Of a DNA stretch of 32,890 bases, positions 31,779 through 32,890 are shown piece after piece. The DNA is from an uncultured bacterium. GTDB taxonomy: Bacteria; Actinomycetota; UBA4738; HRBIN12. A program made the position numbers and the translations under genes. Under the pieces are notes generated by a model. That model was given only the letters and a program-made list of their open reading frames with translations. It did no database searches and was not told the DNA's origin. Every line of letters begins with the position of its first letter. Positions within the stretch are counted from its first letter, which is position 1. The stretch lies in contig CBRGMI010000002.1 of assembly GCA_967797495.1 (NCBI GenBank), forward strand, positions 1 through 32,890, written 5' to 3'.

Positions 31779-32054
31779 ATGGCCGACGTCACCGTGACGC
31801 GGAGCGCGGACGGGGACCCGATGCGGTTCGACGTGGCCGTGCGCGAGGGCGACGCCACCACCGAGCACGCCGTTTCGGTGTCCGAGGCGGACCTCGAGCG
31901 GCTCGGGGCGGGGCGATCGCCCGAGGCGTTCGTGCGCGACTGCTTCGCGTTCCTGCTCGAGCGCGAGCCGAAGGAGTCGATCCTGCGCTCCTTCGACGTG
32001 AGCGCGATCGGGCGCTACTTCCCCGAGTTCGAGAGCGAGATCGCCGAGCGTTAG
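31779..32054 (+). CDS. Conserved-looking small hypothetical protein (91 aa)
   Basis: It has good GC3 bias and non-repetitive composition. The sequence is MADVTVTRSADGDPMRFDVAVREGDATTEHAVSV...FLLEREPKESILRSFDVSAIGRYFPEFE. No family name can be assigned from memory. Confidence 0.6.
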   Translation: MADVTVTRSADGDPMRFDVAVREGDATTEHAVSVSEADLERLGAGRSPEAFVRDCFAFLLEREPKESILRSFDVSAIGRYFPEFESEIAER

Positions 32055-32069
32055 GGCCTCCGCCCAAGC

Positions 32070-32606
32070 TCAGCCGAGCGCGGCGAGCGCCCGGCGGGCC
32101 TGGTCTAGGTGGAACCGGTCGTGGCCGGCCGCGAGGTTGAACGTCAGATCGAAGCTCTCGGGTCCGCGCTCGGTGTGGATGCCGACCCGCGCGCGCTCCT
32201 GCTCGGTCGCGCGGGCCCACAGCGAGAGGTTCGCGCGCCTGAGGGCCTCGAACGTCTCGAGCAGCACCTCCGGGTCGTCCTCGTTGTGGTGGAGCCGGTC
32301 GACCCACAGGTCCTGGTCGTAGCCGACGAGCGGCGGCTCGTCCTGCGCGACGATCCAGCGGTACCGGCTCGCGACGACGAGCTCGGAGTCCGTGACGTGG
32401 CCCAGACACTCGAGCACGGACCACTCGTCGGGCTCCGGGCGTTCGCCGACGCGGGCGCCGGCGCTCCTGATCACCTCGCGCCAGGCCTCAGCGGATCCCG
32501 CCTGGACCTCGGCCGGGTCGTCGCCGCCGACGAGACCGGTGAGGTAGCGCTGGTACTCGGCGGCCTCGGCCACCGGATCGGGCGTGGGGAGACGCTCCAT
32601 CTCCAT
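32070..32606 (-). CDS. DinB-family (DinB_2, four-helix-bundle metal-binding) protein
   Basis: 178 aa. The His triad candidates are LGHVTDSE, HHNED and GHDRFH. Confidence 0.8.
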   Translation of the reverse strand: MEMERLPTPDPVAEAAEYQRYLTGLVGGDDPAEVQAGSAEAWREVIRSAGARVGERPEPDEWSVLECLGHVTDSELVVASRYRWIVAQDEPPLVGYDQDLWVDRLHHNEDDPEVLLETFEALRRANLSLWARATEQERARVGIHTERGPESFDLTFNLAAGHDRFHLDQARRALAALG

Positions 32607-32613
32607 CTGTTGG

Positions 32614-32890
32614 CTACACCTCCTGTTCGACGAGGTCGTCCTGCGGGGCGAACTCGTCTCGGATCGAGCGCGACCAGCGCCACACGAGCGCCGTCAGCAC
32701 GAGGAACACGGCGCCCGAGACCACCAGGATCGAGCGCACCTGCGACGGGTCGTTCTCGACCCAGACGAACGACAGGATCAGCGCGGGCACGATGAACCCG
32801 AGGTTGTACGCGATGTCGAACAGCGCGAATGCCCTCCCCCGGAAGTCGTCCGGCATCGCCTGCTGCACGATCGTGTCCGCCGAGATCTTG
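32614..32890 (-). CDS. C-terminal fragment of a membrane transporter (MFS-like), running off the window edge
   Basis: The frame is open to nt 32890. Two hydrophobic helices are seen (FDIAYNLGFIVPALILSFVWV and ILVVSGAVFLVLTALVW). The stop lies 7 nt before the DinB start. Confidence 0.55.
   Translation of the reverse strand, partial: KISADTIVQQAMPDDFRGRAFALFDIAYNLGFIVPALILSFVWVENDPSQVRSILVVSGAVFLVLTALVWRWSRSIRDEFAPQDDLVEQEV

Noticed and set aside
1-32890. CRISPR arrays, IS elements, integrases, prophage or plasmid genes, rRNA/tRNA genes
   Set aside because: I saw no spaced direct repeats, no transposase, recombinase or integrase-like ORFs, and no terminal inverted repeats. Every gap longer than 100 bp was read and contains only promoter- or terminator-like features. 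Coding density leaves no room for structural RNA genes.

Overview
The window is very GC-rich, with actinobacterial-type codon bias (GC not computed). It is chromosomal-looking and holds about 30 tightly packed protein genes. I found no rRNA, tRNA, CRISPR array, transposase, integrase or phage gene. Most long alternative-frame ORFs in the track are Arg/Pro/Gly-rich GC artefacts. Contents from left to right: (1) A RidA-family gene broken by a 1-nt frameshift. (2) A divergent amino-sugar or glycoside catabolic cluster. Its minus arm has a GH4 6-phospho-beta-glucosidase and a D-Ser-dehydratase-like PLP enzyme. Its plus arm has a CE4 deacetylase, a BadF-type sugar kinase, a MsiK-type ABC ATPase and a GlmS-isomerase-like SIS protein. 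The 25-bp control region carries overlapping leaderless-type -10 boxes. The plus transcript opens with a 45-codon, internally deleted relic of a second SIS gene, and an AT-rich palindrome lies inside that relic. (3) A signalling block on the minus strand: Ser/Thr kinase with an Asp-box propeller ectodomain, M20 peptidase, PF04008 adenosine-kinase-like protein, and a PAS/HisKA_3 histidine kinase. It is divergent from a LAL/LuxR STAND regulator, and no response regulator is present. (4) A Cys-type sulfatase. (5) Lipid genes: a PlsC-type acyltransferase, WS/DGAT and alpha/beta hydrolases. (6) A sigma-70 factor with a near-consensus promoter and a ~120-nt leader, plus a small poly-Asp/Glu ORF. (7) A MoaD/ThiS(GG)-BNR propeller fusion. 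(8) A secreted cupredoxin / beta-helix / PLDc_N membrane protein. (9) A YCII-VOC-ECF42 sigma operon with a matching ECF-type promoter. (10) An AlaX-EamA pair, an orphan histidine kinase, a DinB protein and an MFS fragment. No complete new system can be proven from sequence alone. The best candidates for follow-up are the SIS-relic leaderless leader ORF, the PTS-independent GH4 cluster, the PF04008-histidine kinase coupling, the MoaD-GG-propeller fusion and the cupredoxin-beta-helix protein.
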